Of a stretch of DNA of 64,000 bases, positions 1 through 12,700 are shown in pieces. The notes beneath the pieces were generated by a model. It was not told where the DNA came from. It saw only the letters and a list, made by a program, of their open reading frames with translations, and did not search any database. Within the stretch, counting starts at the first letter, position 1. Every line of letters starts with the position of its first letter. A program made the translations under genes and the position numbers. Source of the stretch: Antedon mediterranea (lineage: Eukaryota > Animalia > Echinodermata); contig NC_092670.1 of NCBI RefSeq assembly GCF_964355755.1, positions 15,238,795 to 15,302,794 of the forward strand, written 5' to 3'.

Positions 1-195
1 CCACAAATATTACAGTATATGAGATAAATGACGTTTTTGGTTAGACAATTAATTGATTGTCTTATCCGAAAAATGCGGCCAGTATGAGTATATATATATA
101 TATATATATTGCACTGATGAAGTGTAGCCAGAGTTTAACATAATCGTTAGAGTTATTTGTATTTGGGTAGCTATATCTAAATATAAACAACTCAC

Positions 196-1494
196 GGTTA
201 AGATCGATAACTCTGTTACAGCCTTGTCTGACTCGATGAACTGGTAAACCAGCCATAACTCTTGGAGAATTGTTGTTTAATATGATTGAAGTGTCAACTT
301 TGGTTATTAGTGACCAACATTTTCCACCGGCGGTACCGTAGTTTTGAAGGTAAATCCAACTACTATCTTTACAGTCTACTTTTGTTTTAAAACTGAAAAA
401 AATAATGAAGATAATAATATAAAACTCTTGTTTTCTTTTTTAGAACAAGGCCATATACATGGCTGCAGTCACGTGCGAAAATTTGAGTTAGTGTTTACCA
501 AACATTTAGTGTTTACCAACCGACCGACATAGTGAGCTATAGAGTCGCGTTGCACGCGACTAAAAATACTATTTTCTAAATGTTTACAATGTCGTTTATG
601 TTTATTAAATAAAACGTTTGTGCATTTCACTAATAATGATGCTCTAATTAAAACAACAGGCCCATATCCAGGATTTTTGTAGATTAGTTCAAATTTGAAA
701 AAAGAGATACACTTGCGGGCCAATGCAAATAATCGTGGGTCTGATGTAAGATTTTGTAGTCTTGTGATTGATAACTCAGCCCAACAGTGATTATGCAATT
801 CGTCATCTACAGTATACCTATCGTGTAAGAGGATAAGTTTCCGTTCAAACGAATCATAGGCTGCTGTTTAGCTTATTTTTAAAGAAACTGTCGAGACTTT
901 AAACAAACAAATTATACTCCTGAAAATATAATTTTTTATTTAAAAAAAATAGGAAATATTAATTAAGAATAAGAGGTCCGAAAACGAAAATTATTTCCTA
1001 TGTGTTTAATTTATTTAGTTGACAATTTTAATGTTATTTTGGTGCCAAGCGGAGCCTTATAGCAAACAGCAGAGTTCCTGGCTACCGGCCTGAACAAGGT
1101 TTATTATGAGTACTAAATGAACACGAACATGTAGGCCTACTTACGCCAATGTGAATACCTCGCGGTCTGCCTTATAATCAACGTATCCATCAAAAAGACT
1201 CCATTTCATCTCTTCTGAAGTGAATGAACATTTAATATTTAGTGGTGAAGAAATTATTTTATTTTCACGGCAGTCTGTACAGGTCAAAGCAAGAGATGTT
1301 TCTGATTCCCTTTGTTGTCCAATAGAATCACAAAAATACTCGTCAAAAAAGTCTTCTTTTTTTTCAAATGCGAGACGCCAAAAAATACGGATATGTTTGT
1401 TGCCAAGTCGTTCCCAGTAAAACGTGCCACCACGATAGTGAGTAGCGTACACCCCAGCTACCACCAAAACCATAAAGAGTACCAGAGTCCTCAT
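196..1494 (-). CDS. Paralog A of the secreted ZP-domain gene family, 5' part only (gene continues off the left edge)
   Basis: Exons 1145-1494 (MRTLVLFMVLVVAGVYA-THYRGGTFYWERLGNKHIRIFWRLAF...DREVFTLA) and 196-392 (FKTKVDCKDSSWIYLQNYGTAGGKCWSLITKVDTS...NSPRVMAGLPVHRVRQGCNRVIDLN). GT-AG boundaries in the same phases as paralog B; hydrophobic signal peptide. Confidence 0.88.
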
Positions 1495-1818
1495 AATGAC
1501 CTGCCAAAAATTAAAAGTCATGGCTTAAAAAGATTGCTGGGTACCTATATTTCAAAGAAAATCTATTACGGGAGCAAGATATGTCAAGGCATGTGTATGT
1601 TTAAATGTAATTTTCCGTATTTCTCAAGTATTATTATTGAGAAGAAACACCCCTAACAATATTTAATATATCAGAACTATAAGAGTATGTATTTTTCTTT
1701 TTATTATTACTTCCCAATTTAGTTGACTGAAAATAAATGGTGTCAGGTTATAGAATTATCTTCCATAATTGATTTTGTTGGTCTTGTGTGAGTATGATAC
1801 TGTGTAATAAATATAATA

Positions 1819-2211
1819 AGTCGCCAAATTGTTTAGATTATGGAGATACGTGTAGCGTTTTCCACATTTTATTTATGATAACTCTCTGCACCCGTCTGAT
1901 GCTGTTGACCCGTTCATACCTTTCAATCGACTTTATACAGTCTCTGCTTAGCAACAATTGCAACTTTGAACGCTATATCTGGTATCTAGATATGTAATAT
2001 CTTTAATTGGACAATATGATTTTTTTTTAAATAATTGAATCAATTTCTTACTAAGTCAGCTTATATGATTTTATTATCTGTAATTCTGATGATTATTCTA
2101 TAGGTTTTTAAATATGTATGTACTATGGTATAAGAACACAAAACATCTATGTGTTTAAGTACACATTGCCACTAAAAATCGTATCTCCATAATCGAAACA
2201 ATTTGGCGACT
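1819..2211. mobile_element. MITE, ~390 bp, ~32-bp terminal inverted repeats, TA flanks
   Basis: TA|AGTCGCCAAATTGTTTAGATTATGGAGATACG ... CGTATCTCCATAATCGAAACAATTTGGCGACT|TA (one mismatch); no ORF. Confidence 0.75.
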
Positions 2212-2519
2212 TAGGAATACATTTTCCAATTCTTGTTGATATTGTTTTACATTTAAAATCAGACAGCAATAACAACATAGGCAATGTTTCAACAACAAAA
2301 AAATGACTTGGCTTTAGTAATATGTATCCGTAATGCGAGTGTCCATGTACTATATGAAAGATGATGGTTTTATGGTTTTATCACATACGTTTAAACCGTT
2401 GTTAGGAAAAATGTATGCTAAATATTTAGTATACTGTAAATGCAAGCTGTTTTACACAATAGGAAAATATTTCAATTTGCGACGACCAACGACCAATGTA
2501 CGCAAGCGCATTAGGCCTA

Positions 2520-4157
2520 TGTGTTATGGAACGCGGACGTGTTTTCTCGCTCCAGACTCACCTCGACGTAGTTTGATGTTTTCTGGGTACGGTTCAGGCG
2601 ACGACCAACGACCAAAGTAAGCCTACGCCTAGTGCTACGGTAACATGCGTATTTTGTGTTATGGGACGCCGGACGTGTTTCCTCGCTACAGACTCACCTC
2701 GACAAAGTTTGAGGTTTTATGGGACTAGGCGACGACCAACGATGACAGAACTGATCTAGGTCGTCGATCGTCAAAACTACCGAATATCTACCATTATGAT
2801 TGCAAAACAACAGTGATAGCACCGATGATCTTACTACGCGCTAAAAAAAAACACACATATAGAAATAACTATTATGTCTTTTTACTTTCAAAGAAGTAAA
2901 GTGCACACATTCAATTGTGTTTCTGTCAAATTTTGCAATAATGTTTTCCGCTGGATAATTCTTTAGGATACTTTCGAAATATCATGACTATTTAAAAATC
3001 CACACGTAATACCTAACTTTCTATTGACAATCAGTTAAACACACGTCTCGGATAATACTTTAATATGTTATCTCTGTCAGTAGATTCTATCTAAAGGATC
3101 AAATACACACCTCGGGAAATACAATCTCTATACTGTATTAGGCCTATACCCCATTTACATCCCTAGAAAATTCCATTTACACAGGAAGAACTGAATAAGA
3201 CGAGGATGTTTTAATACATTGGAGGGTATATGTCTTTAATTAGTCGGTAAAAAAGCAAGTCCGCAAAAATTATAGAAGATCTCTATCCCAGAAAAAGAAG
3301 CATCGCGCATAATTCACAATTACTTTGCCGTAACAAATTCAAAGAGTATACTTACACAATTAAAAAAAAATTCAACGTTTATAAAAAATACAAACAATAA
3401 ACAAATTACAGAACATAACAATAACAATTAATGGTACATAAATATTCAAAAAATGCAAAGGTTCATTAATACATTCGATATTTTTTTTAAACTTTAAGTC
3501 ATCAAATGGCTTAGCAATACACGATCTACTCGGAAACATAAGAAAGCCGAACTAGACTTAAATTGTCTAGAAGTTTATCTAAACTACATAATAAATTATA
3601 GCAATTATTTTTGTCGGAAATTGTAGATGAAAATACCTGATTTAAGTTGATAAGCCGGAACCAGGTTGCAATTTTTCGAAGCGAAAAAGTAACGCAAAGC
3701 CGTTAAAGAAAATGCCTACAACACTGATGAAAAGTTGCCGATAACAGCACGAGCAAGGTAACACATCAAAGTGTTCGACTTAATAAACAAACTGTGTAAA
3801 ATTCTCGCTATTTATCATGTTTTAAATGTGTGAAAACGGTACGCCTATTACCATAACCTAAACAATATTTAGGCATAAGTGTATTTTCCAATTCTTGGAA
3901 ATATTGTTTTACAACAAAAATCATCGATAAACCATTAGAAGACCTATGGACTAACACACAAAAGCCGCAATATAAGTAATGTTTATGTTATGTTATTGTA
4001 ATGTAACTATATACCATAAACAACAGTGTTTCAACAGTATAAAGAAGTGTGTGTTATGGGACGCCGGACGTGTTTTATCGCTACAGACTTAACAAAGTTT
4101 GATGTTTTCTGGGACTAGGCGACGACGACCAACGACGACAGAACTGATCTAGGTCGG
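2520..4157 (+). repeat. Three imperfect copies of a ~100-bp unit (about 2520-2615, 2657-2764, 4051-4157)
   Basis: Shared GTGTTATGG-ACGC-GGACGTGTTT..CGCT.CAGACT...GTTTGA.GTTTT.TGGG..GGCGACGACCAACGA; the last two also share CAGAACTGATCTAGGTCG. Confidence 0.8.
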
Positions 4158-4549
4158 GTATATGGTATGCTATGGTATATGTCTTTTTAATTAGTCGAAA
4201 GTAGTGAAGTGACAGTAAATTGTTAGTAATTGTTTGTATGCTTATGTTAATATCACAATACAATATAAATTACATAAACACATGCTTAAGTACAAAGTAT
4301 TATGTGTTTTTTAATTAGTATCAAACAAGCCGTTTTAATTACGATGTGGTCTGCCTCGCTACACTCTATATGCACTTTTCGTAAATAAACATAATAATAA
4401 CAATAATGAAATCTTTATTTTAAAATGTAGGCTCGTTCACAACAAACTGGGTTCTTCCACGAGGTCGTATGAAAAAATACAATTATCATAACTATCTGAA
4501 TGATGAACAACCATGAACAAAATTATATATTAAAATGAGAAAAAAATTA

Positions 4550-5868
4550 TCTATATATTAATGCTACTAATTTTTTCGCGTATTTGACGTATCTCCTCCG
4601 AGACCACTGAACGGTACGTGCTCACATTTGACACACTGATGTTTATTGATGGACCGCACACGATAGGCTAAGTCACTTTCCTAAATTTTAAGGATAAAAC
4701 ACAAAAAAAAGGCAAATAAAAAAGCAGTAATTTGACGTCTCAGCGACCATGTTACGTCACTGTATAAACTACGCAACCTCCTCTGTTGTGTACCGCCATG
4801 GCCGGATCTATAAATACCATGCTGGACCGATATAAAAACAGTCTTTAGTCAATCAAAACTAGACCACAATGTAATTACAAAACTAGCAAAAAAGATATAA
4901 AACCTCACAACAAAAATTTGCAAAATATAAAAAAACATGAAAAAATGTAAATGAACTCTAAAAAAACACATAAAACGAATCCAATGGGTGTTGTGTTTCC
5001 ACAAAATATGAGCACCCAACAAAAAAGTGCAACATTTAATTCCGGACACTTTTTGTGTCCGCAGGCAGCTGTAATTTTATTATTATAACTTATTTATATT
5101 TTATCATTAACATGTTTTAATCTTCAACGTGCACGTTGTCACTTTCATATCTCATATCCAGTATTGCGCTTTTATACTTAATCATCCCATTGTTATTAAG
5201 GCAGACAAGACCGTGCGGAGCACGTGTTACTGCTATAGACCACAATTTAATTACAGAATTAGCAAATAGCTAACAAATCTCCCACACACAAAAATTTTAA
5301 AATATTAAAACCATTGAAATAAAAATAAAATGTAAATGAAGAAAAAACTATTCCAAATAGGCCTAGATTTATATATTGTTGAACATGAAAACAACTTAAC
5401 AATTCGTGTTTCCGCATCAATGTATTTTTCAATCGATTTATGTTAAACTTTTTTATTTTATCTGTATCAAATAATTAATACAATACGAAAAAAACCCAAA
5501 ATAATATAGTTTGGCATTTTATACTTTCGTTAGTGTTTGCGCGCATCATCTAATTCACACAGCACAATTTTTCTTTAGCGTCTTTTATTTTCGCAAAATC
5601 TAAACAAAAGTAAAGTATAAAGTTCCATATCCAGTATTGCTTTCATTTTTTAGTCTACATATATTGCAAAGTGAAGGGATAGTGTATAACAAAATCAATG
5701 GCCGCCGTAAATACAGTAGTTCCGAATTGTATTCTTGATACAATTTGTTTTTATTTTAATAATTTGTCAAATACTTTTGTCAGAGTGCGCTTTTATTATA
5801 CTTTCCCATGCAAAGTATATAACCACATAGGGCAGAAAAATACCATGCAAAGCACGGGTTACTGCTAG
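4550..5868 (+). mobile_element. Non-autonomous Helitron
   Basis: 5' A|TCTATATATTAA, 3' hairpin CCATGCAAAGCACGG then GTTACTGCTAG|T; inserted between A and T with no TSD. A second degenerate 3' end lies at ~5211-5236. Related sequence recurs at ~22350-23340 and ~51660-52650. Confidence 0.75.
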
Positions 5869-6675
5869 TATAAATGTAATGGATTAATAGATTTAAAGTT
5901 AGTATATATAAATTAAAACAGAATTGCTAAAAATTATAAAAAGAAATCGTTTTGGGATAAAGCAATTTTTATGTTCCAAATTTTTTCTTCAAATGAGGAA
6001 AAACTTTTTTTTTAAAACATTCTGTATTTGGCTTTACTAGACACAAGTCATTTTTAGATCTTGTATCTTATATAATATATATGTAGCATATGTGATAGAT
6101 AGGTCGGAGTTTTTATAAATTAAGACTTTATCGTTGTAAGTTTACATAAGATTATAGTTTTTAAAGAAAGTATAGAAGACAAATTTATCCAAAGCATTAT
6201 ATTCAAATGATATTGTCACATTTCATTTTGATAGACGATCATATAGCGACTACAGTGTGCCAGGAAACTTACCAGGAAAAATACTTATATTAAAATCTCG
6301 AGTTATCTGTATCTTTAATAATGAGCTGAAATATTAAATAGAACGCCCTCTGTCGTTCTGCGTTTTGCCAACTTTGATTTATTATCATTTTTGTCATGAA
6401 AATATCTTCGCAAACAATTACATTTTCACTGCTCTTTATTATTATGAACTAGTTACGTCATTTTAATTCATTGTGTGCATGCGGGACAATGAAATATGCT
6501 TTTTATTTTAATTCTTCGACTGAGTTTTGGTGGATTCTAAATCCGGGCGAACACTAACAGCATAATTATGCGTAGGTCGTAGGTTGTCGAAAATCTTCTT
6601 TTTTCATCATCTTCATTGTCACATAAGTAAATACAGAATTTAATACAAAAATCAACATTTTTAACTTTGCAAACA

Positions 6676-6681
6676 TTTATT
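6676..6681 (-). terminator. Polyadenylation signal AATAAA of paralog B
   Basis: TTTATT on + about 60 nt past the stop; the context (AAACATTTATTTCA) is conserved after paralogs C (~19710) and D (~49018). Confidence 0.65.
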
Positions 6682-6743
6682 TCACACAAAAGAAAAAAAT
6701 CACATTCGGTTATCAGATTATTCTTTAGAAATTCATTCGTTTA

Positions 6744-9700
6744 TTACATTCTAAATGTCATGAATGTATCATGTTCTTCTTCAAAGTTTCCGATACTTCG
6801 GCGACGTCTGGAGCAGTTACCACGCTTGATGTCAGCACAACGTGAACTACTTGCTCCAGGCTTACACGATACCATCTTACATTTCACAAATACCTAGAAA
6901 AAAAGCAAGTGTTTTGTTCATGTTATAAACTAGTTTGCTTTAGTAGTAGTAGTTCGGCTGCAGTCTAAATTAATCTTTTTTTATTCAATATAACTCTGGA
7001 AATTAGAGTAGACTAGTAGCCTAAAAGTATGAATAAATAGCAAATCTCAACAGTCTCGAATAATACAGTATTAGTAATATTAAAAAAATATCAATGTGAT
7101 AGTATCTTTTTGTTATGTAATATAATTGCATGATATCTGTCCACCAACATCCCAATACCCACCCTCTCCCTTGGGTTATGGGTTAGTTGCAATATACAGT
7201 ATTTTATGAACAGTAGTTCAATCATTCTTTTTTCAAAAATAAAAATGTGTACAAAAGAAAGTTTACATTCAATCCAGGTTAATGTTACAATTAAAATACA
7301 CGTAAATATACAAAAGATACAACTACAGATAAAAAATATTTTACAGTCATCATCATCATGATCTATTAACCCTATATATAACCTGTATAATCACACGTCA
7401 GGGCCGTATTAGATATGGTTTTCTTTAATTCTTAAATTGGGATGTATTAAGTTTAAGCATTAATTTAAGCCGAATTTTGTTTCTTCTATTTTTATACTTC
7501 CTGCTTCTAACTTTGAAACAAATTAATTTACCCAGTATAAATATAAATTTCAATCAATTCAATTCAAGTTCAACGTATTAGAACATTTTTATTTACAGGA
7601 CATTCCCACGTACATCCTTTGCATTTGAGTATATCATCACTACTTTTAAACAAAGACAGACTCTTACCTCGTTAGTTAAGCCATATTGCAGGAATCCAAA
7701 AGATTTAATAGAGAAACGGTGATCCAAACCAGAAGGAGTAAGACTGACGGATGAGTCTACACCACACCTAAATAACCAAGAAAGACGGAGAATTACTTTG
7801 ATTATAATTAACAATGTGTTCTTAGGCACTGTTGAGCATAGTCTTGTCCTCCTTTGTCGTTTAATGCTGGAACGTTTACAACCAATTATACGCCATGGCA
7901 AACAAAACTGTTATCCAGAATTTCAAAATGGAGCGCGCACGCGCATGAGAATATCACTAGGAAAAAATGTGTTTTAGAACAATGATGCCAATGATGTCCA
8001 AATTATTTATTAAATAATTATCAAGTCAAGTCAATGAAAATCCTATTTCGTATATTACAATTTAATAGTAAAATTAATATTCACTTCGACAAAGTAGTAG
8101 TTAATAGATATTGAATATTTGACAAATATTAATAAGCTAAATGAGTAAAGAATATGAAGAAAAGTGTAATAAAAGTATAGTAATCATCGTACCCGTTTTC
8201 AATGAATGTGTATTTCTTGTCATTCTCTGTGCATGTTCCGAATTTAGCCATTGCTTTGCAGCTTTCGATTGCAACGTCCTTTGAAGCTGTGCTCTTCGCA
8301 GAAAAGTACAACGTTTCTTTGAGTTCAACTGATGCAGTTCCAGTGATGTCTTTGTTGTAACTTGAGTCTTCATACATCTTAAGATAAGTCTTAAACTCTC
8401 CAGTTGCTTTGTATTTTTCAGGGTTAACAGCTGCTGCTGGTTTGAAGAATACGTCATTAACACCAACTCCTCTCATTTCACAAATAATTTGCATCTCAAC
8501 CTTATGCTTTGCTCGGGTTACTGGTGCACCTGGAAAGATTGGTTTAGGGTCGTCTCGGATTGTGTTGTAGAATTTAGTTTTCGATTTTGATGAACGCTGG
8601 AAAAAAAGCAAACTGATTATACTAACATGTTTTAAATCAATTTATTATTAATAACTTAATAATGATTTAACTATCAACTACTGTACAGAGTTCAGTTTAG
8701 TTTTAAAGAGAAGAAGCTAACTAGATTCTATATACGATAATATTGTTACACAACGGCCAATAAAAAGAAACATTTTTAATTTTTAAATTCATTAATAGCA
8801 CAATTGATACCTTAATGATAGTTCCGCACTCATCATAACCAAACTCAATCGTGTAGTACATTGGGTCATTATCCTGAATTCTGCATCTTGTGTCGTGAAG
8901 GTGAAGCTCACTTGCTGGAATGTTATTCACGTATGTTTTAGGGATGCTAACTTTTATGTAAGAATCACCACATTCTACTTCTGGCTCTGGTGGCTTAGCT
9001 ATAGAAAATGAGAAAATAAAACTTTTTTCTTAGATGTATATTTGAAACCATTCCTACAATAAAACGAGATGCTTTTGATTTTATTGCATAATTTTGTTAG
9101 AGGCAGTTTATACAGCCGGTTATTTCTTTCATTTTTCTATCGTTAAAGAACTAAACATTACTGTCATTGGTATTATTGTCACTTACGGATGTCAAACTTG
9201 TATATCCCTTCATCACTGACAGCCTTGGCACTGCGGCCACATGGAGTTTCCCAGACTCGCTCACCGAAACCTGCCTCAACATTTACAAGATAGCCTTTGC
9301 CTCCTTCTAGTCCAGTTGGTGCTGGGTATTGGACAATCGTTGGATCACTTTTTGGGAACCTTACTACATCTTTGTCAACAGCATTATACTTGGTAATTAC
9401 ATTCCCTTTCAAGTCTAAAATTTTGATGAGTGACTTGGATTCTGGACGTGTAACCTATAAAATAAAGTAAAATGATATATATAATATTGGCGTAGACCTA
9501 TTTTATTCATATAGCGTTGATATTTTATACTGGCTCTATTTTCTGACGCCATACCTGGGTTCTCCAGCATAAATTACGGTATGCAAAATTAGTTATATAT
9601 TTGTATTTAATTACAGGAAAGTCTTCATAGAGTGATTAAGTTCGCTTCTGAAAATCCATAGCATTTTATTACTTTGTAAAGTTGTGCCAAAATTGAATAA

Positions 9701-12700
9701 ATCAAATAAAAAAATCAATCCACAAATACCAACAATTAACAATGTGTATCCAGTTTGCAATGCATTACGTCATTCTGTAGTAACTAGCGCCATCATCAAA
9801 CGTCATATTTTAACCGTGAATACTTGTATACTTACGGGTGCATCAAATTTAATTGTCCAAAGTTCCTCTGTTCCCTCGTACACTGAGTTGATAACTGGTG
9901 TCGATTGATCTGGTAGAATTGCAGGGGGGTCTAATTTATTTTCCATGGGAAGACCATCAGCTAAACCAACAATAAAGTACAAAGTATCGTTAAATAAATT
10001 ATAGACAAGTTATGATTTTAGAAAGCAAAATATTTTGTAAAAATCAGAAATAATACAAATTTTTACATTTCAAAATAGGTTAATATGAACTTTTTAAGCA
10101 AAAAGATTCCGCGGTTAGAGACACAACCAATGACACAATCACTAACATACAGAAAACATCGCAAACACAAGATGCCTTACACAACATATTAAAACACGTT
10201 TTTGGCAGTGAAGTTGAACAACATGTCGTGAGAAAATATCTGGTTGCGTTTAGAAACCTGTAGCCATAGATCAATAGACAAGGATCTAAACCCACAAGTT
10301 ACAACTTAACTAAATAAATCAATAAAGATTTCCATAACATTGTTGCAACCTTGCTGAACGCCCTACTTCCCGCTGATGGGACTCTAATACTAAGCAGTGT
10401 AGTAGAGTCCTCTGATGACCCGAGTAAGCAAGATAATAAGATAAGATGATAAAGCACAAATAATCATGTCAACTTACCTGACACAATCAAACGTCCAGAT
10501 TTGGGATCATTTTGAACACTGTAAATTAATTGAAAGTGTTTATAAGTACTGTACACAATATAGACCGACATAATTGATTGGTTTATTCTTTCTAAAAGTT
10601 GCTAATGCGTTGTTAGTATAATATGTTGTGCAACACGAGATGGCCCTCATCCGAAACTTACAAAACTAAGACCTTATTATGCCACTTACCCATTATCATC
10701 AGTAGCTGTGAAACTGAATACATAGGTACCTTCTTTTTTAGGTTTAAAAGAAAGTTTGGCTTTGACAACCTTCTGGCTTGGTTTTGAACCGCTAACGTAT
10801 TCCATTTTCATTCCATTTGGATAACTGCCTTGGATTTCAGTTATACTGAAAATATATTAACAATGTCAGTATTGCAAGTATATGCAATATCAGTATTTAC
10901 AATAAAAATCAAATAAAAATAAATACTATAATATAAAAAGAAGCATAATAATAATAAAAAAAATCAATATAAGTGTCAATTCGTTCTGATTGTCTATTAT
11001 AGGCCTAGATTATCAATCTTATATATATATATCGTTTCAAATTATCACCGGGCGGTTTAGAATTAATGTTCTATGCCTATACAAACATGTACAACAATTT
11101 CAATTTAAAAAAAAACAATTACATACGTTGATGCATCAGAGCCCTTTTGTATTGACGCAGTAACGAAACTGTTCCAAGTTTCTCCAGGAGCAATCACGCT
11201 GCACTCCTCTAGATCAATCTTTGGTCCTACACATGATCCAGCTAGTGAAGAGAAAAAACATCAATTTAATAATAATAAATTATGCCTATATTAATTGTTT
11301 ATGATATTCCTCAATACAGTGAATCCCACAACAAAACAACGTAGACAGAACAAGTGAGTTCATTAATCAAGTTAGTTATTACAGAGATTTACATTCAGAG
11401 ACAGTTATTTACCCTAGGAAGATCCTAACAACAGAACAGGAGTGTATGTATAGTCAGTAAAATCGTAACCCAACAAAATTTAACTTACGTGCAGTAACAT
11501 CAAGAAGAAATTGGAATGGAACTGTGCTCTTAGCTTTACTGTAAGTTTTATCTGGAAAATCTTCGATCATTACGGAAGCGCCATACCATCCTTGCAAATC
11601 ATCTTCTCCGGTAATAAACTCGATCTTGCATTCTTCCTAAAATTAAGTTTACCATTTACATTTACAATTTATGTTCATGGTTTCCTTTCTTATTATACTT
11701 ACCATAAATGTTTTTCTCATACAAAAATATACTCGAACGCACCAAAGGACAACAGCATAATTATATACCTGATAAAGTTTTGTCAATGATGTTGCTTGTC
11801 CACATACACGATTCACATCGTTACTATCTCGACCTTCTGGACATTCGTCGTTATTCGCCCATCGACATTTTGTCGGGTCTTCGTTTATATCAATGGCTGA
11901 AAGATTAAGGTGACGAAATAAATGAGATACTGTATAAGTGTTGAAATACTGTGTTTTAGTTATATTTTCTAAATTACTCTTTCATCTATCTTCAGAGAGA
12001 GCATACGCATTGTTCTGTCTCTTTTTAGCATTACAACACTTACGGTTAAGGTCGATAAGTCTCTTGCAACCATGTCTGACTCTATACACTGGTAAACCAG
12101 CTGTAACTCGTGGAGAGTCGTTTTTTATCGAAGTGTCAACTTTAGTCAAAAGTGACCAACACTTGCCAGGACCGTAATTTTCCAGCTTAATCCAGCTGCT
12201 GTCGGAACACATGCCAGTTGTCTTAAATCTAAAAACAAAAACAAAACAAAAACAAAGTATAATTAATTGTTTTGCATCAAAGTCAATACTATATTGTATA
12301 ATAATATTAACATGTTTAGTCTTCTCAACGTACTTAATGTATGTACAAAATTACGCCAGAGTACAGTAGGACAAACATCGGATCAATTACTCAACTTCAG
12401 TTAATGCATAGTAGGTAATTGCAATTATAATGCCAACATGAATATTTCTTCGTATAGCGCTCGTAACGAAAGCAATGAACTTTCTATTTCCAACAAGATC
12501 AGATAGATGTAAACACCAAGTCATGTTAATAAAAATAAACTACTTACGCCATAATGAATTCTTTACGGTCTGCCGTATAATCCACGTATCCATCTAGAAG
12601 ACTCCATCCCATTTCTTGTGAAATGGAAGTACATTCAAGTTTTAGTGGGGTTAAGATGGTCTGGTTGGTACCACAATCGATACATGTTAAAGCAAGAAGG

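Noticed and set aside
2520-2764. Possible CRISPR-like repeats
   Set aside because: Only 2-3 long imperfect units with irregular spacing and no cas genes.
8137-8466. Overlapping alternate-frame ORF in the ZP exon (also 21497-21769, 60499-60774)
   Set aside because: Starts and lengths differ between paralogs; explained by DNA conservation of the real frame.
11511-12177. Plus-strand ORFs repeated across paralogs (e.g. 11708-11908, 27081-27320, 56390-56629, 6667-6897, 59781-59975)
   Set aside because: Antisense shadows of conserved minus-strand exons; similarity stops at exon boundaries.
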